Shown in pieces: positions 11,759 through 24,178 of a stretch of 64,000 bases of DNA. The position numbers and the translations under genes were made by a program. The notes below the pieces were generated by a model. That model was not told the DNA's origin and made no database searches. It saw only the letters and a list, made by a program, of their open reading frames with translations. Location of the stretch: positions 124,001-188,000 of the forward strand of contig NW_026929195.1 of the NCBI RefSeq assembly GCF_032062105.1, given 5' to 3'. Every line of letters starts with the position of its first letter. The stretch's first letter is position 1. The DNA comes from Saccostrea cucullata (taxonomy: Eukaryota).

Positions 11759-13700
11759 ATGAAATAGAAGCAAAACAAGGATTGAGACTTTATATCTGCC
11801 TACCAAAAACGTCACTTCAAGGTATATAACATTTGCCAAAACGTTGATCATATTATATATATAGAATTAACAGATAATATGATGAAAACTGTTGTAATTA
11901 AGAGAAAGCATTAAATCTTAATTTTCTTTCCACATCACAACGGCACATACCGTGATAAATTCAATTAGTGTGGAATTAAACATCCTACTGCTGCATCGAT
12001 CGAGAAGCCCTACGCTTACGACTACCGAACAAATGTGAAACAAGATACATAGATTTTCTTATACTCTCGTGTTTTACTACAATTTACATTATTATATTGT
12101 TCAACCTCATTGTACATTCCACCAGATCACCAACTGAAACATAAAGATTTCTTTCAGCTTAAAAATGCTTTATTTTAAACCTTTTAGCGACTACGATCAG
12201 TTTTATGACGTAAAGATTCGTGAATTCTCGTGAGAGTTTGTGTCTTACCAGACGGAAAATATGAACTTCTATTTATTGTTCACGTGACAAGAATATGGCA
12301 ACGGATTTACTTTTGCTTTACGTTTTTTATTTACTGTGAATATGACCTGAAGTTTATAATTCGCTTGAGGTAATGTATTATTTAACTTTTTTCAATTTTC
12401 TGTGTAAATTAAAAAAAATAAGATTCATCTTAAAACATTCCAAAAAGCTAAATATATATATTCAAGAAGAAATGTTTCAGAAACAATTTAACAATATTTG
12501 TTATTGAACTTGAAATAAACAGGAAAAATTGTGAACAATTTTCCAACGGTTAAAAGAAATTACTGGAGATATTTATGCATGATATTTTAGATTAAGTCAT
12601 GGTTGAATTTATAAATCCATATTTCTCGGACATAGCTTTGGACGAGAAATATCCGATCAATACTGGTTTATCTGTTGGCTTTGTCAATTGGAAAGAAGAA
12701 ATGTAAATAAGAGGATTTTTTTCATTCTTGTTTGCTTTCCGCAACATAATGTAATTTACTTGGACACATGGGAAAAGATAAAAAGAATTACAACATGGAC
12801 AAACTAGATAATTCAATTAATTGAAATAAATAAAATGAAAATGAGGCTCTAAAAAGGGACTTTTGCCGGAATGATAGAGGTGAATATGTCAAATTCTGCA
12901 AGAACTCCAGAAATAACAATAATTAAACTGTCCTTAAGAATTTTTGTGAAGGAAAGTATTTTAGAAAGTTAATTATCGTCAGAGGAAGATGCATTTGTGG
13001 CACATTTACCTAAATTTCATCTTGAATTCGACGTAAACAGCCTTCCCCAATAAAAATTGAGACAATCTTGGCATCAATGTTGAATAATTACCACAAATAT
13101 GGGAAGCGTTCGAAAAATATGGTTTAGTAGTGTATGACAACAAGAAAGTAAGGTCAAGGATTACATGTAGAAGTCAGACAAGGAGACATAAAATTGAAAG
13201 AAAGAATAATTATATATATTGACCCTCTTTTTTTAACTAATAAAAAGAAATTGAGAACAGCTTCTTACATTTTTAGAAAAGATTTATTTGAGAGCAAACA
13301 GCATATACAAATAATATTAAGTTTTTTCTTAATATACACATATGCGAAGTAGTGCATTTAACAGCCAATGAGCTGTTCAAAGGATCTTGATAAAAGCAAC
13401 ATGTTGACCAAGTTTAAGATCGATTTTCTGCTGTTATTGTTTTCACACTCTTTCTACAAAACGTATATTTTGACGTTGTACACAAGATTTATCCATAGTA
13501 ATGGCGACGATAGCTAAGGATTATCTTTTTATCTGACCCGGACCATTGTTTTGAATTTCTTAGCATTTTCCTCCTTCATATTTTAATTTTTTAAATAATT
13601 TAAAACAAATTAATTGATATATAATATATAATTTGTATCAAAGTTAACAGAAAAGTTAGGAAAAATAAGGATTGATAACTATTTTCTTGTTAAAGTTGGA

Positions 13701-13880
13701 TAAGACTGTGTGAATTCAAGTATTTATGAATAATTTCATAACATATTAAGCACCGGACTTTTAAAATTTGTATTTCATATGGTGTAGAATAAGACTGTTT
13801 TGAATTAAAGTATTTATGAATAATTTGATAACATATGTTAGCATTAGCCTTTTAAAATTTGTATTTCATATGGCGTAGAA
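13701..13880. repeat. Tandem duplication, 2 x ~90 bp
   Basis: TAAGACTGT..GAATT.AAGTATTTATGAATAATTT...TTTGTATTTCATATGG.GTAGAA at 13701-13789 and 13790-13880. Confidence 0.9.
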
Positions 13881-14035
13881 AATTTTGGTAATTTCCGTTA
13901 AAACCTATTGCATACATTTAGACCAAATAATGTACAATATAATATATGTAAATATTGCAGTAATTCCTAAACCACAGAAAAGACATTTTAAATATTGATG
14001 TTAGCATTTATAAGTGTACCATAACATGCAAATTA

Positions 14036-14951
14036 TACAGGCAAAAGGGCTCATATAAATTTTAAATGAAATTCACATGAATTTTGTGTGAATTCTTTGC
14101 ATGAGATTTGAGACGAAAAACTAGACTTTTGACATTTATGTGAAAATAAGTATTTTGAAAGTATGTCGACGACGTATTGTCAATTAACAATAGTTATTTT
14201 CATTTTTTTTTTGGTCGATACCCTATTTCTCAGTGAGTTTGAAGTAAAAGATACCACGGAGTCTGACATATTTGTTTCATATTCAGATATTTTTCTTAAC
14301 AAAAAAAAGATGTTAATGGTAATCTAACGACCAAATTTTATGATAATCAACATTGTTTTAACTTTTCCATCGTCAACGTCCATTTTTTTATGCAGCAATA
14401 TACCTTCATCACCTGCATATATCAATATGCAATAGAATGCTCTCTATATAAACAATTTAGTAAAACAAGGTAAATCATTGAGTCAAATGCTGACTGAAGT
14501 TTTTCATACTTAATGTTAACCCTTTATATACACACTGAATTGTCGACGGATTTTCCGTAAATTCCTGATCATGGCAAAGGAACACACGGCTGGTGTGACC
14601 GACCGGCAGGGGATGCTCACTCCTCCATGGCACCTTATCCCGCCTCTAAACTTTTTAATGTTTGTATTTGTTCTCCAAATTTGTATCGTTTAATGGACTT
14701 TTAAGTTTGAATAATGTATGTGTATTACATTTCATTTGAAGGCTACATGAAGAGTATATAGTATATATATATAATATAAGTATCGTGCAAAGAAAACTTT
14801 ACATGTTTTAAAAATGTATTATGTGAATATCATACAAACATTTTCACATGATATTCGCACGAAAATGTATTTTTATAATTTTTACGATTTTCATATGATT
14901 CTCAGATAAAAAATTAATCACATGAATATCATGTAAGACACTGTTCCCTGT
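14036..14951. mobile_element. Old MITE with TCACATGA motifs, split by a Penelope-like insertion
   Basis: Imperfect termini TACAGGCAAAAG / CTGTTCCCTGTG, with repeated TTCACATGA-like motifs on both sides of the insertion. Confidence 0.35.
14153..14738 (+). mobile_element. Penelope-like (Naiad-type) fragment from RT motif C to the 3' end
   Basis: KYVDDVLSINN...EFEVKDTTESD..VSY..FNFSIVN..SNIPSSPAY, then the 3' structured segment at 14580-14675. Confidence 0.85.
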
Positions 14952-15351
14952 GCAACATTACATAAATTTTATGTATTTGTATAATACTTTTGCTCACAGA
15001 AGTGTTATATTTGTGTCTGAATTTGAAGCTTCTGACATGGAATAATGTAGTTTTAAAAATTGTACCCTCAATAACCCCTGTTTTGATTTAGAAGAAGTTG
15101 AAGGGTGAAAATAAACTATCGTGTTGTCTGTATGTTACATTATTCTAATAAATATCCAGGATTCGTTTTTTGTTTTGTTTTTGTTTTGTTTTGTTTTGCA
15201 AAACCCGCCCAAGATACTTTATGTTTTATGATATGCTTTAGCGTTAAAACAAATTACCAAACAAGAACCTTGTTTCATACACTACAACTTATCAATTATT
15301 TAAGTAATTTGGTGAAAACTATATTAACACAGATTATTACCCATTAACATG

Positions 15352-15640
15352 GGTTGTTTGCATGTTTTTACGACCCATTCGAGAATTATTTACTCATAGA
15401 GAGATGTCAAGAGAAGAAATATAGAGCATTACATGAAATGCATTAAGCAGTGAGGATCCTTTATGGTGACAGTGTTTATCTATCTATATCTATATATACA
15501 GTCTCAGTCAGGTCCCCTCCGAAATACCCGTGATTTCCACATATATTGCTAGATGGTTGCGAAGAATAGTTGTTGCCTTCATGTATATTACTGTATGTTT
15601 AATACTATGATTGAAGCAGCGCAACATTCCATTCCATTCC
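15352..15640 (-). mobile_element. Decayed SINE, same family as 20144-21546
   Basis: CCCATTCGAGAATTATTTACTCATA...CATTAAGCAGTGAGGATCCTTTAT...CCGAAATACCCGTGATTTC. Confidence 0.55.
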
Positions 15641-15714
15641 AGGCCTCAGCCAATTCATATTGAGGATATAACCTTGATTTATTAAAGTGTACGAAAAGTC
15701 AATCAAGGTTCATG

Positions 15715-16205
15715 AAAAGGTATTTACAAAAAGAAAAACATTGATGTAATATGATGACTTCAACTTCCCTATAGATTATTTTTCTTACCTTTATTAAAAA
15801 AACCTTTATCACCTATTGTCCCAAGTTGATTCATTAGGCAGGAGCATTGTCGAAAAGGTTGATGAGACAATGAAGTTATCTTTTCACAAGTTCTATCGTC
15901 GATACATTGATATTGATATAAAAAAATAACCTATCTTTAGGTCGAAAGTCGACTGAATGTTTTCATACTTATTGTAGGCTATTGTTAACACATTACGAAT
16001 TTTTACGGACTCTCCCCTTTACCCGATCATTGCAAGGGGCACAAAGCGGGTGTGACCGGTCGGCAGAAGATGTTTACTCCTCTATGTAACCTAATCCCGC
16101 CTATAATGTTTTAGGACATCGACCTTGTTTGCTCTGCTATCGTCTTTTTCAAGTAAAATTGTTTATTTGAACTTTAGTGATGCTGTTTGTGATCTCGATA
16201 TTTAA
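15715..16205 (+). mobile_element. Penelope-like 3' fragment, decayed
   Basis: GATGACTTCAACTTCCCTAT (DDFNF.I), AAGTTCTATCGTCGATAC, then GCGGGTGTGACCGGTCGGCAG...TACTCCTCTATG. Confidence 0.75.
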
Positions 16206-17390
16206 TAATTCCTATAACCATTTACTCTCTACAAAACCTTGCCTAGCCCTAATATAGAAGATTTTGCCAAACACTCAACCATCGATTGTTCATGGGCTTT
16301 ACCAACATGAGCTTAATAAATCCCATTTGAATTAAGTCATTCCTCTTGTCATTTATATCGACATGTAAGATTTAATTTACTCAACAAATTTTTGGGGTGT
16401 TTACCCATACGACTGAATAAAGCAGTTGAGTAGACTAAAAGAATGGTGATAGACACATTCCAAGCTTCACATTTAGCAAACCCCTCATGAATTTTATTTA
16501 CAAAACATTGAAAGTCTTCCTATTTTGACTGAAAAATAATTTCCAACTTGTTTGTCCGAGATCAAACTATATATAAGGTAGTAGCTTTATAATTTAAACA
16601 AAGCGATCTGCTGAATACGTCACAGAAATGCATGTTTTCTAGCTATATGTTGCTTTGTAATACACCTGACGATGATGATTTGATTTCTTTTTCTCCTGAA
16701 TTATGGATCAGGTTAAAATGTAAATAGAAGGAAAAACTGTCTGTCTATATTTTGGTTTGATGATATTGGTCAATCTGCTTGCCTGATTATTGTACACATA
16801 AAGGTTTGATGCAAATTATCTCAAAAAAGAGAGAACATTTTCCAAAGAAGTTTTCTAGTTCCTCTAGTAGAGAAATTTTAAGTGGAGGTATGCTTGGTAG
16901 CTGTCAAGTTTTTTATGACAAGAGGTCATGTGATAATCAAATAAACCTTTTGAATATAACTTGTCGAGTATGGCATTCTTTAACATTTATTTTGTTTTAT
17001 TTTCACTATCTTTAACCCGTTTAAACAATAGGTATAGTCTGAAACACTATTTCACTCTGGATAGAAACATAATAAGCCACACAGGGTCCTTAAGGTGACA
17101 GAAAATATTTCTTGTCAGTGAATGTCAAGAACAGATATATCAATGCATTCAAAGGGGATTAACAGAAAAGGTTTCTGATAAAGTTCATCTCGTGAGAGTT
17201 TCATTTAGTTTTCCTAGGCTTAGATCTTCTTAAAATCTTTGAAGAGTGTTTATTATCATGATCCTAAACGACAATTTTCTGTTCAATAAAAGGGTCTTGT
17301 TATCAACAAAACTCTCTAATGCACATGGAATCTGTAATTGTGTTTGCATGAAATAGAGGCTGGTAACAAACTTCCACTCTGTTATTGAAT

Positions 17391-17444
17391 ATGAAAGATA
17401 TGGAGATAACGAACAGTATTCAATATCAAAGTCCATAAAACAAT
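17391..17444 (-). mobile_element. Penelope-like extreme 3' tail only (~55 bp)
   Basis: ATGAAAGATATGGAGATAACGAACAGTATTCAATATCAAAGTCCATAAAACAAT is the reverse complement of the family terminus. Confidence 0.7.
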
Positions 17445-18699
17445 TGATGTTGATTATTACAGAGTCATTACATAAAAGCGGATTTCAAACAAGTCAACCT
17501 TAATGTTAAGGATTTGTTCTGCAACATTGAATGTTAGTTTTGAAACATATGTATTTTAATAATTTAATCATTGCAGGAACCATTCGTCTTACTGTTTACT
17601 ATTGAAAATAATCATCATTATTGAAATGGAAGAACTACTTTATAATTAATTACAGATAATCAACACTGTATAAATGTGAACAAGCTAATTTAAATATAGG
17701 TTTGTTACATCAAAAAGAGATTTAAAATCTCCATATAAGAAAAAACTCTTTTTCGTAAGGAACCCCAAAGAATTATAAATAATTATACTGAAAATATGCT
17801 TTTCCCATCGAAATATATTCGGTCAAAAAGTATACTTTTTAAACAGTTTATACAACAATTCCTCATAGTACATTGATAAACAGATATTAGTATTTGATTG
17901 AGACAAACAACTTTCAAATGCTCACATCATGTTACTGGACATGTCTATAGAATCAATTTATAAACATTTAGCTATTACGATTTTGCACACAACTACTCGG
18001 ATGTTAATAGATAAAACATGCCCGTCATTGACACCTCTAAGTAGTCTTTGAAGACCAGTTAGGAAATCCGATGGACCCTAATTATTTTTACCAATCTTTT
18101 GTTAATCGATCGATCTGAATGTTTGGGCTTCTTTCCATATTCATATAAAGCAGAGTTTGTTTTATTCGAAAAAAAAAGTTTTGTTATGGTCTCGATATTT
18201 GAACGAAATCAAGTTTTATCAATTAATAATATTTTTTTCTTTTATACGTCTACGTACATGATTTCGAAATAAAATGAACTGTAAAGTTTGTCACATCTGT
18301 TTCATATTTGGATGTTTAACTGTTTTGCTAACAATAAACTAGAAAATAAAGAATTTGCGAGGACTCCGGCTTTTCCACCGGCAAACAACCCAATACTTGT
18401 AGTTAGATTCCTTAATATCATTTGCCCATGGTTTTTTGGTCCCTAAGGAGCAGTGTGTTATTTCATACGGAGGTAGGATACTGATAAAATCGTTGATGGC
18501 ACAGAACTTTTTAAACCCCAGGCTTAAGTACGCACTCATCAACAAATGATGTGTTTGCAAAAAAATCTATTTTTATGATTATGTCTTTAACAAAATTGCT
18601 TATAAACCTCTAAGAAGCGAGATACATAAATTTCAATTTAGAATCCTGAAAGGTCACTTAAAATGCTACATTTTTCATCGATTATCTAGATAAGACTTT

Positions 18700-19296
18700 T
18701 GATTAGATGCTTGAGTTTCTGACTGACAATATCTATGTGGTTTTTGGAGACCAGGTCTTCCAACAATCTATTGGAATACACATGTGTACCAACTGCGCTC
18801 CGTTAAATGCAGACCTATTTATGTATTGAGATGAAGCAGACTTTGTGCAAAATCTTATGCCTGAAAAGAAGAAAACACTTGCTGTTCAACTCGAAATTTT
18901 GATATATCGACGACGAATTGTCAATTAACAATGGTAATTTCCATTCCTATGTCGATACGATATATCCTGCTGAGCTTAAAGTCATCATTTCGTAAGTTAT
19001 ATGTCGATACAATGACCTTATCAGCAAATACAATTTTTCATTGAGTCAAATGCTGACTGACGTTTTTCATACTAATTGTTAGTCCTTTATTTATACAATG
19101 AATTGACGACGGATTCTTTCCGATCATGACAAAGAGCACAGGGCGGAACTGACTGGTCGGCAAGGGATGCTCACTCCTCCATGGCACCTGATACCACCTC
19201 TGATGTTTTGGAGGTCCGTGTTTGATCTGCTCCTAATCTGTATTGTTTTATGGACTTTGATGTTGAATTCTGTTCGTTATCTGCATATCCTTCATG
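18700..19296 (+). pseudogene. Penelope-like (Naiad-type) RT fragment with motifs B' and C, internal deletion, and 3' UTR
   Basis: From 18707: MLEFLTDNIYVVFGDQVFQQSIGIHMCTNCAPLNADLFMY*DEADFVQNL..., then after a frameshift FNSKF*YIDDELSINN...IYPAELK. The 3' structured segment is at 19133-19235. Confidence 0.9.
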
Positions 19297-20143
19297 TGAA
19301 TACTTTAACCTTTTAAAAAAATCTTTGAATAAAAGAAATTTACGAAAAATTGAAATTCAAATTTTATCAAAATTAATAACAACCACCACCCGAATTTTTG
19401 AGCATCTTTTGAGCATCTTATCCAAACATTTTCGCCATCATAGATTCAAATTCAGGTTCTTTTTGATATCATAGACAGCTGAATTTTTTTATAAAAAAGA
19501 ACTCATAAATTTACTTATCTTGTCATCGGTCATTTATAAAATTATTTTGTTTAAAAAAAAATAAGATTGTACACAAGTACTCTGAGTTTTATAGTACAAG
19601 ATACTTGCGTTTCTAATTGATAATAACAATGTACAGTTTATTTGAGATTATGCCTTCCAACAATACATGTATGTCAAATGTCCCTTGTCTTCTAATTGCG
19701 CCAAGTTATTTGAAAACCATTTTTGCATTCATATGAAGCAGAATATATCCAAAAACTTATTCTTGAGAAGTAGAAAACACTTACTGCGGCCTTGAATCTG
19801 ACATGATAAGAAATATTCCACTGAACTTGAAATCTAATGTTTACCCGACAACAAACCAAATTATGATATTAAAAAAGTGTGATTTATTCAAATTTTTTAT
19901 TGCTAACTCCCAATTTTTTTTTATTAACATATACATTTATACATGTACCTTATCATTTGCATATGGAATTGTCTGCCAGATGATTAACTAGTCGTTCAAT
20001 CATTTTTTGAACGAGGCCAGATATTGACAAAGAAGTTGATGAATTAAGTCTTGTTTAAAGAATACATTTTGCGAGTTTTATGGTCGTCACAATGACCTTG
20101 TCAGCAAATTAAATACGATCTAGCATTTATGCAGTCAAACGCA

Positions 20144-21546
20144 GATTGATTGATTGATTGTATATTGTTTAACGTCCCATTCGAGAATTTTTCACTCATA
20201 CAAAGACGTCACCGTATGCCGATGAAGGTTTCAGCCATTGAGCAGTGAGGGTTCTTTATCGTATTAACGCGTACCGTAACACGGGACCTACGTTTTTACC
20301 CCCCGTTCACACATAGACGCCGCTTCTACTACGATTAAAGCTAGGTTGAAAGCGTGGCCGATCGTGAAAAATCGCAAGAGAAACGTCGTGGAGTCGTCAT
20401 AAGCGTAGTATGATCGCAGTGGAGTCTTCATGATCGGAGAGCTCTACGCTCTTGTCACGCTTATTTTGAATATGCTCAAAACAAGCGTAGCGGGATCGTG
20501 GCCGACAAGAATCGAGGTAAAGTCGTAAAAAGAGCGTAGTAGAATCGCCGGCCGTAATCGTACAAGCAGCGCGGAAGAAATCTTCGTGATCGTAGTAAAA
20601 GCGCCGTAAGAGCGTAGGAACTTACCAAGTACGCTCATACAACGCTCCTTCTACGTTCGTACTACGTTCTCACTACGATCTCTCTACGTTCCTGAAAATC
20701 ATACGAAGACCTACAATGACCTTACTCCGATCATATCACGACCTATGAGACAGGAGTTTGTTCTTATAGCGCTGATATTTGACCAATCATCATCTTTAAA
20801 CTACATGTAAAGGGGGACACTATACGTGACGATCATTTGCAATGGAGACTTTTCACATCTTGTTACAGTTACAATTGAAAATGCCCGTGAACCATGTGGT
20901 AAAGGCCGCAAAAAAAAAAAAAAAAAAAAACCATGCGGTCGCAAGATATGTATCATCGCTAAAATCGTACTACAAAAATCTGCGGTAGCAAGATATATAT
21001 TTACATCATCGCCAAAATCGTACTAGAAGCGTAATGCAATCGTAATATGATCGGCAATACCGTAGCGACATCGCGGTACAGTTATCTGGGTCTGTGTAGC
21101 GTCGTAGTATATGGTCTTCAATGTCGTACTGGCAGCGTAACGTAAACGCAGTAAGCACGGCCACTTGTCGGCAAATGTCTGCGTAACATCGAAGTAGAAG
21201 CGTGTTAGCAGAGCATTTGACGTAGGGACATCGTATTACGGTCGTAACGAAGACCATAATTTGCCAAATTGCTCTATTTAGAATTGGTGATCTTCGATGC
21301 AAAAAATTTCCAGATCGTGGCTTGATCGGGATGATCGCCGTAGAGTCGCAGCTCTGTGTGAACGGGGAGTTAAGGTTATATTCGAAAGACCAGTGACTTT
21401 CACTTCTAGTGCCGGGCGCTTGGCGAAGGAACAGTTACTACCGATGTTTACGTCTTTTAAGTTTGACGCGGCGCCGCGAACGAAAATCGAACCCGGGCTT
21501 CCCGATCACGAAGCGAACGCTCTACCATTAGGCTACCGTGACCGGT
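20144..21546 (-). mobile_element. tRNA-derived SINE (Meta+Deu/Nin-domain-like, resembling BivaMD type), full length, with TSD
   Basis: Minus-strand head ACCGGTCACGGTAGCCTAATGGTAGAGCG (A box) ... GGGTTCGATT (B box) and a (CAAT)n tail. The TSD is GTCAAA(C/T)GCAGATTG at 20134-20148 and 21545-21559. Confidence 0.85.
20299..21369. mobile_element. PIF/Harbinger-type MITE (TTA TSD) nested in the SINE
   Basis: TTA|CCCCCCGTTCACACATAG...CTCTGTGTGAACGGGGAG|TTA. Excision restores the SINE sequence CGTTTTTAAGGTTATA. Confidence 0.85.
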
Positions 21547-21866
21547 CAAATGCAGATTGTTTTATAATCTAACTAAATCATTATATACACACTAAATTTT
21601 GTACGGAATTTGCCCTATGCCCTTTGGTCGACCATAGCAAACGACAGGAGTGACTGGTTAGCAAGAGATACTTACCCGGCACTCCTCCCCATTTCTCCTT
21701 ATCCTTTATTTGTTACTGAAAAATGTATTTGTTAAATATTTTTACGAATGATTTTTCTTCAACTGCGATTACGTAAAATATTTTTGAGCTTTTCAGTAAC
21801 AAATACCAGAGGAGAGAAAGTCACAGAATATTGACTTCTCAAAAAATTTTCTGTAATTTAATTTAA

Positions 21867-22395
21867 AGGGCTGTTTACTTATAAAAGAAATCTTTTCTTC
21901 ACGATTTTACCCGGCACTCACGGCCTTTGACCAATGTGTGGTACATTTTCGAGCTAGCGACTGCCGCAAAGCGCTTATCGAAAAAAAAAGTAACATAAAA
22001 AAGTGCATTTCAGTTGACCCCTCTTTAGTTTTATCGGTAGGTTTCGAAAATATTGATCTCCTAGCTCTGTATAAAATCCAATCTCCGCATCTCACTCAGA
22101 CAGTTCGACTTGCTAAATGTCATTTCAAAATGGATTCTCGGGTCAAATACTAAATAAACAGTGACATTTTCTTCTAACCTAATGCTTTTCTTGCATGTTA
22201 AGCAAAACCAAAATAACACAGAAGACAAACAAGAGAAGAAGGGAACACTATTTTCTTTGTGAAAGTTGCCTTAACCCATACAAAAATAAACTTATTTCAT
22301 TAGTCAATATTTCTAATAATGTACCGAATCTTTTTTCCTAAATCGAATTCATCCATCATTTACAGTGGTTGTTGTCGGAAAAATGACAGTTTCCT
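21867..22395. mobile_element. Possible Kolobok-type MITE
   Basis: TTAA|AGGGCTGTT...GACAGTTTCCT|TTAA; the TIR is short and imperfect. Confidence 0.45.
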
Positions 22396-23952
22396 TTAAA
22401 TTTTTATTGGGCTTGGTTTTAAATTAGTTAACAGCAATTTTATAAATATGATAAAGATAGTTGAAAAAATACGTTTCTTTTCTTTTTTATTATCATTTTC
22501 CTTTTTGCAATAAAGAGGATGCTAACTTTGGAAAACGACCACTTTTTACGGAATTTTCTTTAACTTTAATCTTGGCCAATACATTTGAACAATTGATTTT
22601 AGGACTTCATATTTATTTTAGGATTTTGGTACTTCACATGTTTTTCCTTGTGATATACTCTTTCCATAGGTATAAATTTTTTTGACTTTCTAGCCTTGAT
22701 CCTGGAATTTGACCTACTTTTGAAAAGTTTTAACCTTTGCCATAATGTTTAAAGGATCTTTACTTAGAGTTTAACTTTTGCCATGAGCTGTCATACAGGG
22801 AATACATACTTCACAAAAGCATATCAAGCATTTTTCTAAACTTTATACCCAAAACCATAAAACCCCCTTCCCCGAAGTCACGCATTTTAACACATATACA
22901 ATTTCCTATTTGTAACGCAAAATCACGCATATACCGTTTCCCCGGAATCACGCATTTTCACGCGCTTAAAAATTTAATCAGTCTTTAATTTATTACCAGA
23001 TTCCATATATTTTATACCTGCTTAAATCTCATAAATAAGAAAAGTTATTTTCTTATTAAAATAAAACGTCATAATACTATTTACAATAATTTTAAGAGAA
23101 ACATATGTACCACGCTATAAGCTTGCGGGGAAATTGTAACGTCATATTTCTATGACTTGCACATTAAGTGTTTGTTGTATGACAATTCAGTAAGTTGTAA
23201 AGAGTTAAAAAAGCATAATTATGTTTGGAAATTAAGATGTAGCTCATCAGTGCGAAGGGAAAAAATTCCATCGTTATGTGTGTTCGACTTTTAAAAAACT
23301 TGAGTTTGAGAAATAATGAATCATTTTGTTAAAGGATACATTAAAGGTGCTTCGACACATTTAAAATATTTTTCTAACTTTTAGCAAAATATAATGATTT
23401 ATAAATTTAAATGTAACACAAAATCGTATGGAAATAATTAGAATACAAATTTCGGGAAATCTTTGGTTGACACATCCCAGCACTTTCACAAAGTAAACTT
23501 TATCCTTAATCCTTAAGAAAAGAATAAATTTGTGTATCGATGAAAAAATATTAATACTATAATCAAGAAAATTCAGAGTAGAAATGTGAGAAATCAAGAC
23601 AACCTCACCAGTATTGTTGGTCCGTGCTCAGTGCTATGTACATGTATGTAAAATTTAACAAATTAAAAACACCTTGCGAAACGACGTAAACATAAACGAT
23701 AAAAATATCTTCCGTTTCACCGGATGTGTTCAATTTGTTAAGCTCTGCACACATTACTAAATACTGGTGAATTGGTTTTGCTTTGAATTTCTCACATTCT
23801 TACTGTTAACTTTCTGGCTTAAAGATCTAATTTTTTTTCATTACTACACAGCAAAATTTTCTTACGTACTAAGGATAAAATTTACTTGGTGAAAGTGCAA
23901 AGATGTGGCAACGCCTCCCCAAATTTGTAGTTTCATTAATTTTTATATATTA

Positions 23953-24178
23953 CCGTATAAGCAGAATTTTTAGCGAGGATTTAATTTTAGCATTATTAGC
24001 GACGGTGCCAAGATCGCTAAAATTGAATATCGCTAAACATTAATTGCGCTGTAATTTGTAATAGCTTCTTTAGTGAGCGTTTTAAAATCACTAAAATTAC
24101 ATCTTGTTAACAATAAAATGCCGTTTTTTAAGGACAAATCGCTAAATTTGCGTCTCGCTAAAATTTCCACTTATACGG
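23953..24178. mobile_element. TA-TSD MITE (Tc1/mariner superfamily) with internal TCGCTAAA motifs
   Basis: TA|CCGTATAAGCAGAATTTTTAGCGAG...CTCGCTAAAATTTCCACTTATACGG|TA. Confidence 0.88.

Larger units (their letters stand above)
19330..21690 (+). mobile_element. Old Penelope-like RT copy interrupted by a SINE
   Basis: Decayed FDIIDS, KYSE, FQQ, NCAK, SYEAEYIQKL, FYGRHNDLV segments up to 20140. The copy resumes after 21546 with a decayed 3' segment. Confidence 0.7.

Noticed and set aside
18827-18902. In-frame TGA codons in the RT as selenocysteine (some clam Naiads are selenoproteins)
   Set aside because: Other local copies have TCA (Ser) and AGA (Arg) at these positions, not Cys. The copy is also frameshifted, so these are decay mutations.
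19133-19235. The 3' structured block as a canonical hammerhead or HDV ribozyme
   Set aside because: CTGATG is present but lacks the GAAA core. The CTCCTCC loop is HDV-like, but the GG/P4/J4-2 elements are missing between the stems.
20444-21572. Cluster of 64-98 aa ORFs
   Set aside because: They are chance ORFs in the GC-richer MITE/SINE sequence, with no recognisable domain.
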